Source: the human T2T-CHM13v2.0 reference genome, Homo sapiens
Assembly: GCF_009914755.1 (NCBI RefSeq)
Contig: NC_060935.1
Length of the DNA stretch: 64,000 nucleotides
Strand: one strand, 5' to 3'
Below are positions 14,301 to 28,300 of the stretch, one piece after another. A program made the position numbers and the translations under genes. Numbering within the stretch: the first letter of the stretch is position 1; each line of letters begins with the position of its first letter. The notes beneath the pieces were generated by a model, which made no database searches, was not told the origin of the DNA, and saw nothing but the letters and a program-made list of their open reading frames with translations.

Positions 14301-15069
14301 GCTGCTGTGTGATGCTGACTGTTTAGTGGAGTGATACCAAACAACCATGGACAGGGTTTCAGGGTCACAGTTAATAAAATGCCTTCTAGGCACCACCATC
14401 AATTTATGTACTGATTCATTCATTCACTGAAGGACCACTGACTGAGAGCTCATTGTGTGTCAGGCAAGGTTCTGGGTGCTGGATATATGGCAGTGAGTGA
14501 GGGAGAAATGTGTGTGGATCACAGAGGCCACTCTTAGGACAGGTTGTTCCAAGAGAAGCAGCAATGCCAGAGAATCAACAGAAAACCACTGCAAGGCTGT
14601 GTGAAAAGCACAAGTAAAGTTCAAAGCCTTTGCAAAGTGCACGAGGTTATTATGATATTAGACATTTTTAGGGAAAACTATAAGAAGTTTAAAATGGAAG
14701 AAAAGGAGGGAGGAAGAGAAGAAGGAAGAGAAGCAGATAAGTCCACAGAAACAGAAACAAATGGAAACAACAGGGAGGTCAATGCTGAACCAATGTAAGA
14801 ATTATTTTTGCTCTTGGAGGCTTTGAAAAATAAAATGAACAGTGGTGAGCCTTCTGTCATTAGAGAGTATTCAAGCCAAAGCTAGATGACCTCCACTCGG
14901 GGCTGATGTACCCATAAACCAGGCAAAAGATAGATGTGCCTTCCCATTTCACAGTTCTGAAAATCTATTTATATAGTCAAATTCAAAGGTTTCAGTTGAT
15001 TCCACACATTTGGCCTTCAAGGGGAGAGGCAGCTTGTCACCTTTCCTGGCCTCCCAAGACAAGAGCTTA

Positions 15070-15435
15070 TACCTCATTTTAACATTAAATAAAGAACAGC
15101 ATTTCAACTCCTCTGGAATGCAAAACTGTGAATTTGAGTGAAATATGCAGTTTTCATTATGTTAAAAGATCTACTCATTACAATCAGGATAAGAGGATAT
15201 GAATAAGACAAATTGATCACCACTTTAAATGTATTAATCAGCTTGCAACTCTTGTCACCAGTCAAAACAGAGCAGTCAGACATTTATTCTGTCTCAGTTG
15301 TACTGTAGAGCCCATCGAGGAGGTCACAGAGTCAGAGTGCCTCCCTGTGCCGTTTACAGGAAAACAATCACAACACATTGCAAAAGTTTTTGCCTGCTTA
15401 GAATTGGACTAAGCAGACACAATTAAATATTGTTA
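15070..15435. promoter_or_regulatory. Repeat-free candidate conserved element
   Basis: AT-rich unique block with GACAAATTGAT (15207), ATTAATCA, AAACAAT and CAATTAA. Confidence 0.35.
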
Positions 15436-16043
15436 CTCATGCCACAAATATTTATTGAGCATGTACTATGTGCCAGGCATTGTGTAAGGCACTGGAGATA
15501 ACAAAGATAAGTCAAAGCTGGCCTTTGCTCTTCACATTCCCATATGGTTTAGTCAGGAAGCAGATGTACAAACAAATAGTGACAATAAAGTATAACTGGA
15601 GATAAGTCAGTGGTTTTCATGCAGTGCTATAGGACTAGGGACCAATCTGGAGACTGTGGTTGCAGTTGGATGGCCGGGCACGGAGGATACTTCATCCAGA
15701 TGCTATCTAAGCTTAAAGTCTGGGAGAGAACAAAGAGTCTTGTGAGAAGAGAGACCTGCCCATCTCCACAGTCAGGACAGTGGGTACAGAGGGCACAAAC
15801 ACTATGCTTGGGAAGAATGTGTCTTCCTCTAGCCTGGTGGGGGAACTTGGTCTGACATCTATGTTGGCTGAACTACCACACTCAGCTCAAAGGAAAGCCA
15901 TGAAACTACACCCAAAACCCTCCTTCCTCACTGTCTCTGTCATAATAGGGGCTCAGAGTTTTGTAGGGTGAGGGGCACCAAACTAGTTCGGGTCAGGGCT
16001 TAGGATAAGTATAGAGAGGATGATTGATGGAAGGATTTATTCA

Positions 16044-16493
<450 letters not shown>

Positions 16494-16669
16494 TCAGAGG
16501 GCACAGTTTTAATTCAAAGACTTGGGTGCAGCTGGAGCAGAGCCACTTGTCAAGCTTGGGGCACAGAAATAATGAGGCTCATTGTTCAAAACCAGCACCT
16601 TCAATCCTCCCTGAGAACAGAAGGGGAACATAATGCATGTTTTATAGGCCCATTCTCATTTTTAATCTG

Positions 16670-16810
16670 CTTTGATAAGATCACTATGCTGGAAGGATAT
16701 AGAAACTCATCACCAGGCCCAGCCCAAGACAGAGACAATGATACTGGGTTGGAAAGGTTTTGCTCCTTTAGGTGATGCCCCTGGACAGTTTCCTGGATGT
16801 GGGCTCCTTA
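16670..16810 (+). repeat. Dispersed direct repeat, copy 1 (about 140 bp)
   Basis: Homologous to 19994-20133; first 36 nt identical. Confidence 0.95.
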
Positions 16811-17080
16811 GGATCTGGCTCATTCAGGGAACGGTCTTGCCCCAATCTCTCAGACATCCTTTCCTTACGGATCGTGGGTGGCAAAAGTCACTGGAGAGCA
16901 CAGACCTCAGACTGTGACAGTAAATTACTTTAACTTCCCCTTTATTTTCCAGTATTTTCCAATGAGAATGCTGAGAGAGACAAACATAGAGAATAGGAGA
17001 AAACACATTTTTTATGCTTAGAAACGGACTAAGTTCCAGGCACAGATTTCTGATCCTAGCTCTTAGAGTCAAAGATCTGA

Positions 17081-17108
17081 CTAGGGTCTAGGGTCTAGGG
17101 TCTAGGGT
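17081..17108 (+). repeat. (CTAGGGT)4 tandem repeat
   Basis: Four perfect heptamers. Confidence 0.95.
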
Positions 17109-17329
17109 CCCTGCTCCAACTCCATCGTCCTCAGCCTTGACCACCTCATCTCCCACTTGGATCTTCCAGTCCTCTTCCTTGCTTCATCCTTTCACCAGAA
17201 GAAGGAGACAGCACGAGCATTTGCTGAGTAAGCACAGAAAATGAAGCCTCACAGAATCTCTACATGCTCCCCTAGCCCTTGCCTGGCCTCCTTTGCAGCT
17301 ATATTGGGATGCTTGCCAGATCAACAGGC

Positions 17330-17585
17330 TGAGAGTAGAAGTCATTTGTGTTGCCCCAGTTGGAAGCTGGTAAGAACAGGTGTGAATTCCCCAGTTTCTT
17401 ACCAGTGGGAGAAGTGAAGACAGTTGACATAACCAGAGTTGAAAGATGAAAATAGCCCTGATCCCTGAGTCACTGTTGGAAAAATGCCTTCAGGAACACT
17501 GTCTGATTCATATGGACTCTGTTAAGTCACTGAGATTTTGGGATTGTTTGTTCTTGCGATCTAGTGCAGCCCAGCCTGACAACTG
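17330..17585 (+). mobile_element. Old MLT1 (J/K-like) LTR, 3' part
   Basis: gttaagtcactgagattttgggattgtttgtt...gcagcccagcctgac. Confidence 0.6.
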
Positions 17586-18029
17586 AGCATCTTCTATGTG
17601 CCCAGCACTGTATTAGGTTCTTTCCAATAAATTGTCTCAAAACAATCTTATGAATGTCTACTCTAGGAGAGTTTTGGCCCAGTAAAGTTTGAGGGTGTGA
17701 AGGGTCACTACATCCCCCAAGACTTAGCTTCTTCCTATGCATCTCCAGAAGTTATGCCAGAACCCCTGGCCTTTGGGACTCTCAGATTCTGCCCATTCTC
17801 AAGAACTCTTCTGAGAATCTAGCCTTCTCTCTGGACTTGGCATTCATCACATTTCCCCCTGGACTTGACAGTCTCTGGATACTGGAAAAGCCACAATTTT
17901 AATTGAATTCAGTTGACTGGAAGGTGATTGGATAGTGCATAAAATATTAACTTTTAAGTCAGGCAAATCTGAGTTCAAATCTTAGTATGATCACTTTGTT
18001 CATTCAGTCTTTCATTCACAGTGCATAAA

Positions 18030-18920
18030 ATGTAATTAATACCCAAATGTACATCTCCAGCCTGGACTGCTACTCTAAGCTCCAGATTCAAGAATCCCAC
18101 TGCCTACTTTGCATCTCAAATACAGCTAGAGCCCTTGATCCCCAGATCTCCCTCTAGGTTTCCCCTTTTCAGTAGGTGGAAGCTCCATGAGTCCAGATGC
18201 TCATCTCAGAAGCATCCTTAACTCATCCATCTCTCTTCCCCACCATAGTCTAATCATTACCAAGTTTTATAGATTCTACTCAAAATATGCCCAGAGTTTT
18301 TGTCTCTATTTCTACATCCATCATGCCAGTCCAAGCTCCTCTTCTCTCTAACCTGGACTAGATCTAGAGCTTCTTTCTTGCACTCCTAATTGCCTTGCTC
18401 TATCCATTCTCTAACTCACCAGCCAAGGTCTATTCAGAAACTATTAAAGTATTTGTACTGACTTTAAAGGGGGAAATTCCAAAATCAGTTGCAGCCTTGA
18501 GTTATCAGTGTACCCTTGGTGGACTGCCCGGCCTTCCTGCTTTTCTCTGTGCCCCCCTTATGCCAGTCTTTCTTTCTTCCCTGGTCAGTTCCTCAGGTGG
18601 TCCCAACTGCCTCTGCCTGGGTGCTCTCTGGCTACTGACTTGGCCACCTTCTGTCATTCTTTTAAACCTCAACTTAAATTTCACTCTCTTAGGGATGCCT
18701 TTCTTAAACTCTCAACTTAGAATTGGTCCCCTAATGTAACTTCTAATCACACTCTGTACTTTTCCTTCATGTCACAGTTTGTACTTGCATATTTATTAGT
18801 GTGGTTATTTGTTTAATGTTATCTCTTGCAACTGACCACAGGGGCAAGGAGTACGCACAGTGACTAGTACAGAGTATGTGTTCCACATACACTGTTAAAC
18901 AGATAAATACATGTTTATTG
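18030..18920 (+). mobile_element. L2 fragments
   Basis: acatctccagcctggac...ctccagattca; ctctctaacctggacta; L2-type 3' region. Confidence 0.7.
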
Positions 18921-19133
18921 GGTGGAAGGCAAGTGCCTGTATTGCAGGGGTGAGCAGGAGCCCTAGCATTGGAATCAACTAGAATGTGCATATACAAGAA
19001 CTCTACTGTATGAAAATCTCTGCGAAGTCCGTATTTAAAAGATAACAAGATGGGTGTATGGTTGATATAAAAATGGATTTTAACACAAGCTTTTCTTCTG
19101 GGAACTCTTCAATGGTTAAAATTTATACAGTGT

Positions 19134-19440
<307 letters not shown>

Positions 19441-19993
19441 TTGTATAGGGTGTGTGCTATATCCCAAGCACTGTATATAATTGAAAGCACTTAATTCTCA
19501 AAGACTCTAGGAGGCAAGTTCTACTTGTGCAAGTAAAGAATGTGGGACATAGCAGGGTTTAGTGACTTACCCAGGGTCACACAGCTAATAAATGGCAGAG
19601 CCAAGATTCTAGCCTGGGTTTTCTGTATGCAAAGTCTGTGCTCTTAGCCACTTTGTGCTATGCTAGGAAATGCTCCTTAGTGGTCCCTAAGGTGGGACCA
19701 ATGGATGACTTTTAAGTCCCCATCTTAGATAGACACCTAAAATGGGAATGTATCACAAAGACTCTCAGAGAGATCTTGAGACACAGCTAGGGCACAGCAT
19801 TTCCTGGCAATGGTCAGGAAGCTGGGTAGACCTGGCTTCTAGTCCTGGCAATCACCAAGTCACTGTATGGTGTTGAACCAGTCACTTCACTCTCAGAGCG
19901 TCTGCTGCCTCTTCCTCCATAAAAATAAGGGCTTTGACTAGTTCACCTCTGAAGGTTCTCATATATAATAGTCCAGAATCATGTGCATCTTAT

Positions 19994-20133
19994 CTTTGAT
20001 AAGATCACTATGCTGGAAGGATATAGAAATTCACTGACAGGTCCAGCCCAAGAGAGACAATGATACTGGCTTGGGAAGGTTTTGCTCCTTCAGGTGCTGC
20101 CCCTGGGAAGCCTCCCTCAATGTAGGCTCCTTA
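19994..20133 (+). repeat. Dispersed direct repeat, copy 2 (about 140 bp)
   Basis: Homologous to 16670-16810. Confidence 0.95.
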
Positions 20134-20369
20134 TGGCAATATAAATAAAGTCCTCTGTCCCCTCTCATTCATTCTGAGAAATTAACCAGAAGTGCCCTCT
20201 TCTACTTGATCATTTAGGTAAGGAGTGAGAGTTAACAAATGGATCAGAGAGGGAAAGACTGAGACAGAATGGAAGAAAGAGAAAAAGTTTAAAAAAAATG
20301 TGAAGAAGATAAGAGGGTGAAAAAGGACAAAGTGAGCTTGGTGAACAAGGCTCTCTCCACTGTGAGTTC

Positions 20370-21070
20370 CCAATGAACAAGAAGGCACATCAAAGTTTGC
20401 AAATTGACTCAGTTGCCTTTTCCAGTGACTATGGCCGTTAGAGGCTTTTGACTTGTTCTGAGTCAACAGAGAGGAATGAAAAGGATGAGTTAAAAGACAC
20501 AAACACACAGAGCAGAGATTGCAGATACAGAACAATAAATATCCTCTTCAAATTGCCGATTGGAGTATCTGTATTAGGCCATGTTTGTAGTCTCTGCGTG
20601 TCGAGCGATGGAGAGCCCAGATTGTGGGCAGGGAAGTCACACAACAATGGGGCTTGATGTTTTGTTTCCACTTTTCAAAGGCGCTCCTTTTTTTCCTCCC
20701 AGTGATAAGGCCCAGGAAATGGTTAGTGACATGCTCGTGGGAACCTATGGAAAAGAATACACACCATATCAATGGAGCAGCCGCCGGCCCAGGAGCAGAG
20801 AGGGTGGGTGGGGGAGCCGCAGGCTCCCGGCGTGGGCTGTGGTGGTGAGATAGCATTGAGAGGCCGCCTGAAGCTGTGTGCCCCCAGTCTGGGGACCGAG
20901 CCTCTTTATCCAGCCAGAATGGGTGGAAGGCCAGACAATGTAGTGCTATATTTGGTTTCACAACAAAGGGCCCTAGAAAGATTTGATAGTGCAGGGATGG
21001 TCGGGAAGGCAGCGCAGGATGCAGCACAATACAAGCTTTGCAAAGGTATTTAGCCAGGCCCTTTATGCCA
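20370..21070. promoter_or_regulatory. Candidate enhancer or orphan CpG cluster with SOX, TCF/LEF and AP-1 motifs
   Basis: ACATCAAAG 20387, TGACTCA 20405, TGAGTCA 20459, AACAAT 20531 and 20643, TTCAAAGG 20674, ACAATG 20935, AACAAAG 20962. Local CpG retention, no repeat. Confidence 0.6.
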
Positions 21071-22552
21071 GGGACATGGCAAGGTATGGATGTCGTCATG
21101 ATTTCTAATGGCTTTTGTCTGAGCCAGGGTTCTATTTGCTAGGGAGGTCCCTAGGCAGGGCTGAGAGCAGTGCCAGGGTGCTCCTGGTGCCACTACACTT
21201 CAGGGCCACCTGAAGTCACACTCCATGACTGTCAATCCACTCCTTCCACTGAGCCCAGGCTTCAGCAGGCCCAGAGAGCCCCAGGTCAAGGGGAAGGTGT
21301 GCAGGAAGAACTGGAGCAGGACCTTTTCAGGGAGTAAGCAATCACAGGAGGTGTCCTAACCAGAAAGAAGCAGCTCCAGTTCCATTTGGGGCCAGGCATC
21401 CCAGCAGGAAGTCATCAGGATGAGGGATGAGGGTGCAGCTTCAGAAGGGTAGAATAGAGAGCATTGAATGGCATTGGGTACCAAGCCTGGTGTTTCTGGG
21501 AATTTCAGCCAGAAGGAAGGCAACAGGCATGAAAGAAGTCCAGGCCTTCTGTGATAAGGCTGGCAAGAGTCTAAGAAAACTAGCCCCATGATGTGGTGGG
21601 GTATATACAGGACTTCTGTCCTAGGTCCTGGGACCTTCTGGGGAGGAGGCAAAGTGAGGAGAGCAACCCCAGAAATGTAGGGGAGTAGAGCCATTGAGTC
21701 ACTGGGTAGCCTGGCTGTACCAGAGAAGTGTTCTGGACAAGGGGTGTGGGAAAGGCGGCTACCACTCAGTAACAATCCTCACACATTTAGGGCTTCATTC
21801 CAGGGGGAGGAGCATCAGTGACTATTTTCAACTTTTTACTGGTTTTTAAAATGTAAAAACCCTTGTTGGGCTGCCCCCGTACTGGTTCCAGGAAAGGAAC
21901 ATGGCAACAGGCAGGCTAGGGCTGGGACAGGATGAGAGATATTCTGGCAGGTGACCTCAGCAGTCATGGACCCATCAGACCAATCCTCCTGCTGAAGCTA
22001 GAGAAGTCCAGAACAATGCAACCTCAATTGGTGGAGTTATCTCTGGTTTGGGGACACTTTTTTCTTATTGACTTCTTTGCGCATCAGGATTAACTTTGTG
22101 GACCAATTCTGGCACAGGGGATCTCTCTGAGAAGGCCTGTCAAACTGTTCTCTCTGTTGCCCCCTTATTCTCATCACTGGTGCCATGGAATCCTCCAGAA
22201 GTGTTCCCTGGGTATTGTCTTTACTTTTTCAGCTTTTATCAGTTCCATCCATCTATCTATGCACCCATACAACAGAGCTCTCCTTTACTCCTAGATGCCA
22301 AGTTTACCCCAGGTATTAGAAATAGAGTATTGAGCTCCTGCAGCCTCCTTGGAAGTTCTTGGACTGGTAAGGAAGATACTTGTCTAAACACATAACTACT
22401 ACTACAAATTCAGAAAAGCAGTTGTCCAAGCAGTAGCTCCAAGGAGAGAATATCAAATTCTATCCAAGAAAGCTCAAAAGTCTTCATGAAGAAAGTGAAG
22501 TTTAGTAAAGACATGAACACATGAAATGTATCTCTCATAATACAGGCCTGGG

Positions 22553-22925
22553 CTATATAATGGGCTGAATTGTGTCCCCCTCTCAAATTCCTATGTTGAA
22601 GTCCCCAGACTTGGGGACACTGTCTTTAAGAGATAATTAAGTTAAAATGAGGTCATTAGGCTTGGTCCTAATCCAATCTGACAGATGTTTTTATAAGAAG
22701 AGGAAATTTAAACACAGACAGGCACAGAAGATGCTGTGGAGTCACAGGGAGAAGACCCCATCTTCAAATCAAGGAGAGAGGCCTGGAGCAGACACTTTCC
22801 TCAGGGCCCTCGGTATAAACCAATCCTACTGTCACCTTAATCTCAACCTTCCAGCCTCAAGAACTGTGAGAAAATACATTTCTGTTGTGTAAGCCATCGA
22901 CTCTGGGGTGCTTTGCTAGGCATCA
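22553..22925 (+). mobile_element. MLT1B solo LTR
   Basis: atgggctgaattgtgtcccc...aagttaaaatgaggtcattagg...gaactgtgagaaaatacatttctgttg. Confidence 0.85.
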
Positions 22926-25369
22926 CTCCAACCCCAAACACTGTGACATTCTTTGCGGGGGAAGGACCCCTTCTTGAGTATCTGGCACAGTGTTTGACAC
23001 ATAAAAGGTGCTTAATCAAGGCTAAACTGAATGAAACAGCAGGTCATATTTAAATCCAACTCTATCAGCCTCAAGTAGAACATGCACATCAGAGAACAGC
23101 CCCTGTTCCTAAATGTTGCCACATCTTTTATCTCAGCTTATGTTATCTATATATTTTCAGCAAGTCACTCAGTAATTTACGACATATATATTGAGAACTA
23201 TGTATTAGGCACTGGAAATCATAGTGGGAGGAAAGGCCCTTTGGATTAAGAAATTCCTCCTTAGCTACTCCAATGCAAGAAAGGCCTATCACCAGGGTCA
23301 CATCTGTCTGTATTGGGGCCCAGGCTCCAGGACAAGTTTGGCACATGCTGGCCTGACATCCATGGCTCAGCCTCTCCTTAGTACAGGCTCACTGTAGGGC
23401 TGAGATAGGCACAGGAGTCTGATGCCTAAGGTGCCAAATAAAGGGCCCAGCTGAAGAGGCACTTAAGATGTGGAGTGACTAAACTCTGTGAATTCCCTCC
23501 TGCTGACCCTGAGAGGATTCCTGGCTCTCCACATGGCTGACAGGGACAGACATACAGATTGCCAGGATACTGTCAGGAGTTTCAGCTTCTAATTGGCAGG
23601 CATCCAGATACTGGGACAGCCTAGTGATAGGAAGAATGTAGAGCAGTTGTGGGTGTTAATGAGGGCTGGGGAATCAGCCAAGAAGCAACATGGTGGCATC
23701 TGCCACAACATTTCCTATACCCATAGCTTTGGAGACAAGCACTGTGAGTCAAATCCACATATTCTCACAGGCATATGTGTGTAGACACCAGCATATGTAC
23801 TCTCATATGCTGCTGGTGGTATTCACATAGATCACCATGTAAAATATGCATGTTGACGTGATACCTGCACATGTCACACTGGGCAAGAGTCATGGATCTG
23901 ATGCACATACAAAGCCATGCATGCTCATGGGCACACACATGCACTTACATTTCTAAGTATGCACTGACACATAAAAAATTAAGTCCAATATGGGTGGTGA
24001 AAGTTATATAAGCACATGAAATGTATCTCTCACTGAAGAGGGTTTGTATCTTCTTCAACGCTTCAGAAAGTCTTCCGGGGACCAAAAGCCATCATAAGTG
24101 TTTCCACCATTTGGATTAGAGCTTCCTTGTCTTCCCTGCACATCTCTGATAAAAAATAGATGGAAACTGTCCTCAATTCCTTTGGAAGCTGTAAAGTGCC
24201 TACCAACATGTGGGATTAGCACCATTATTTATGAGTTTTAGAAACAGAAAGACAATGTGATGCAAGTAAAAGAGCAAAGAACTAGGGATTAGAAGATTTA
24301 GATTCTCATCCCAATTTTGCCTCTCTCTTGCTAAAGTATTGGTCTGGATCCAGGATGACAACTTTCTTCTCAGCTTCATCTCTGACAGTTCTGTTGAGGA
24401 GTGTTCGGAGGCTATGAATAGGCTCAAAAGGGAAGAGTGCCATGTTTGGCTAATAGTGTCTGACTTAAGCCCAGAATAAGGATGTTTCTGACCCTTCTGT
24501 TTCCAATAATCTCTAAGTGTGTATCATTATCCAGAAACTAGAGGAATAGTGCTCAGTCTTCATCAAGTTACTTTTCTATAGTCCAGTTAACTTATTAGTC
24601 AAGACAGGGACCACACATGCACCTGTTTCTCCTCCTCATCCTATCCTTTCAGCTCTTATTTAGCCATAAAATACCTTGGGGTCATTGATAATATTTTTTG
24701 GTGTTGTGACCCTCATGATTCCCATTAAGACTTTACTTATAGGGCTGAGTTCATCATCTTTATCTCAAATGGAAAGATGCCTTCAAGGACTCCCCAGAGC
24801 TGTGTATTAAGGCTCCAGCCTGTGGTTACCCAAAGAGGTTGAAAGCTGCCTGGTATGCCTTTTGCACAGTGTGGCTCCCACTGCAACTCTGTGAAGCAGC
24901 AGATGTGCAGTGGTTATGATTCAGACTGATGCGAGGAGGGGGAGTAGAAAGATTAGGAACCCTTTACCATTCTAACAATACCCACAGAAAAGCAGGGGAA
25001 ATTCATTGGAGCAATTCAGCACTAGTTTTTAATTCTGCCTGCTGACATACCAGCTCTCCTTCACTAGGTCAGATGAATTCTCAACAGTAACTGAGATCTT
25101 CCAATGTGTCAGACACTAGACTAGGCACTTTACATCATGTATCCCATTTAATATGTTCCACATGCCTGTTAGATAAATAATACCTGCATTTTCAAAGTGC
25201 AAAAGCTGAGGAGGGAGTCTGAATTAGACAGCTAAGAAAAAGTAAACTTGGAATCAGTACCACATTAGCCAGGTCCCACCATGCCACCTGGGCAATACCA
25301 CTGTAGACTCACAAATGGTTTACCATTTTCCAGTGCAGAACATACAGGCATCCTCCACAGTCATCCTGG

Positions 25370-28300
25370 AAGTGGACTCCATCAATCAAAATTCTCCTTG
25401 AGGCAGTTCATCTGACCCTAAACAGAATACCAAAGACTTTAAGAACTGAACTATAGGATAGCCCACCATCCAGATCCAGGTAGGCTACTGGGTGGTGCTG
25501 CACACACAGGACAGATCCAAATATCATTGCAAGGTCTTTAAAAAAAGAACTCATATTAACACAAAAACTCATAAAATCCTGTTTGGAACTTGTGGCCTGA
25601 ACCCAACCAAGCTGATTGGTAAACCTAAAATAAACACTTTCTCCATAGTCTTATTCAAGACCTAGAGTCTCATAACATAATGTTCAAAATGAGCAGGATA
25701 CAATCCAAAATGTTCAGTGTATGAATAACTAGGAAAATCTAAAGTCACAGGGGAATAGACAAACAATCCCTTGCTGAGATAACATGGATGTTGAAATAAT
25801 CAAAGTCTATAAAGCAGCGATTACAAAAATATTCCAAGAATTAAGGGTGAGTACTCTTGAACCAAGTAGAAAGACAAAAGTTCTCAGAGAAGAAATAGAA
25901 GTCACAAAGAACTGGAAGTTTCAGAACTGAAAAATATACTAAACAAAATTTAAAAACTCACTAGATGGCATCAAAAGCTTGAAGAAAAAAGTCAGTGAGC
26001 TTGAAGATAGATAGATTAAAAATTACCCAACTTGAAAAACAGAACTAAAAAAGAATGAATTAATTAAAATAAATAGATCCCTAGGGACATGTAAGATTAA
26101 AAACAAAGGTTCTGACATTTGTATCATAGCAGAAGGAAGTAGTACAACACTTATAAATTGCTGAGAGAAAGGAACTATAAACATAGAGTTCTATATCTAG
26201 TGAGAATGTCCATTAGGAATAAAGGAGGAATAGTGATATCTTTAGATGAAAGGAAACTGAGAGAATTTGTTGCCACCTGACTTGGCCTAAAATAATTGAT
26301 ATAAATAGTTCTTTGGACAGAGGATAATGATACCAGAAGGAAACCTGGAACATCCCAAACAAAGGAAGAACAACAGTAATGGTAAGTAGATTGTCCTCCT
26401 CTTGAATTATTTAAAATATATGATGGTTGAAAACAAAAATCATAAAATTGTCCGATGGGGCTTTCAATGCATGTAGATATAACACATAACAACTATAACA
26501 TAAGTGAAAAGGGTAACGAACTTATATGGTGTCAAAGTTTCTACATTTCGTTTGAAGTGGAAAACATTCAAAGTAGTCTATGGAAAGGTATGTGTGCATA
26601 TTTAAATTCCTTATAACTACTGAATAAAAATAGACAAATGTATGTAGTCAAAAACACAATAAATGAGTTAAATTGGAATAATGAAAAAATATTTCAAATG
26701 ATTCAAAAGAAGGAGAAAAGGAGAAAGAAAGAAAATAAATCAGAAGGAACAAATAGAAAACAAATAATAATATATTAGGCCTAAATCCAAACATATCAAT
26801 AATTATATCAAATGCAAATTTTCTAAACACACCAATTAAAAGCCAGGGATTGTCAGAATGGATTTTTCAAAAATCTACTTTTATGAAAGAGCTCTTCATA
26901 TATAGTAATATAGAAAGGTTAAATGTAAAAAGATAGGAAAAGATATACCACACAAATACTTGTCAAAAGGAAGCTGGAGTGGCTAAAACAATATCAGATA
27001 AAATCGATTTCAAAGCAAAGAAAATTTTAAGAGGTACAGAAAGATATTATGCTATGATAAAAGAGTCATTTCACTGAGAAGTTATAATAATCCCCAAAGT
27101 GTACACACCTGACAACAGAGCTTTAAAATATATGAAGCAACAATGAACTAAACTGAAAATATAGACAAATTCACAATTATAGTTAGAGACATCAATACTT
27201 TTCTCTCAATAATTGATAGAGCATGTAGACAGAAAATCAGCAAGGCTATGTAAGTACTAAATAACACCATTGACTAGCTTGATCTAATTGACATTTAGAG
27301 AACATTCCACCCAACAGTACAAGTGCACAAGGATCACTTACCAAGATAGACCATATTCTGTGTCATAAAGCAAACCTTCACAAATTTAAAAGCACTAAAA
27401 TCATACAAAGTTTATTTTCTGACCAAAATTAAATTAAACTTGAAATTAATAATGGAAAGATAACAAGAAAGTCTCTAAACACTCGGAAATTAAATAATAC
27501 ACTTCTAAAAGAAACCATGGGTCAAAAAGGAAGTCTTGAGAAAAAATAAAAAATATTTTGAGCCAGTTGAAAATGAAAATACAACATATCAAAATTTGTG
27601 AGATACAGCTAAAGCATTGCTTAGAGAGTTCTCTAGAGCATTGGATGCTTATATTAGCAAAGAAGAAATATCTTAAGTCAATAGTCTAAGCTTCCACTTT
27701 AAGAAGCTACTAAAAGAGCAAAAAAAAGAAATAAAAATCCCCAAGACAAGCAGAAGAACAAAATAAAAGATAAGAACATAAATAAATAAAATTCACACCA
27801 GAAAAACAACAGAGGATTTGAAATAAAAACCTTATTCTTTGGAAAGAGCAATAAAATTAATACACCTCTACTAACATTGACAAAAAACGTTAAAAGACTA
27901 CAAGTTATCAACATTAGAAGTAAAAGAGAGGATATCACAACAGACCCTACAGACATTGAAAGGCTAATAAGTGTATTCTAAAAACAACTACTCTATCCAT
28001 ATAAATTTGACAACTTAGATAAAATGGACTGATTTCTTGAAAACCATAAATTACCAAAGCTCACCCAAGATGAAATAGATTACTTAAGTAGTCCTATAAC
28101 TATTAAAAAATATGAATTTATACTAAAATCTTTGAAAAAAGAAATCTTCAGGCATGTATGATTTCAATAACAAATCCAGCAAATATTTAAAGAAAAAATA
28201 GTATGAATTCTACATGCTTTTTTCCTCAAAAACAGAAGAGGGTGGATTTACAACTCATTTTATGAGGCCCACATTACCTGGACAACAAAACCAAAGACAT

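Noticed and set aside
20548-21099. 183-aa minus-strand ORF over the candidate enhancer
   Set aside because: No recognisable domain or exon structure; local GC richness explains it.
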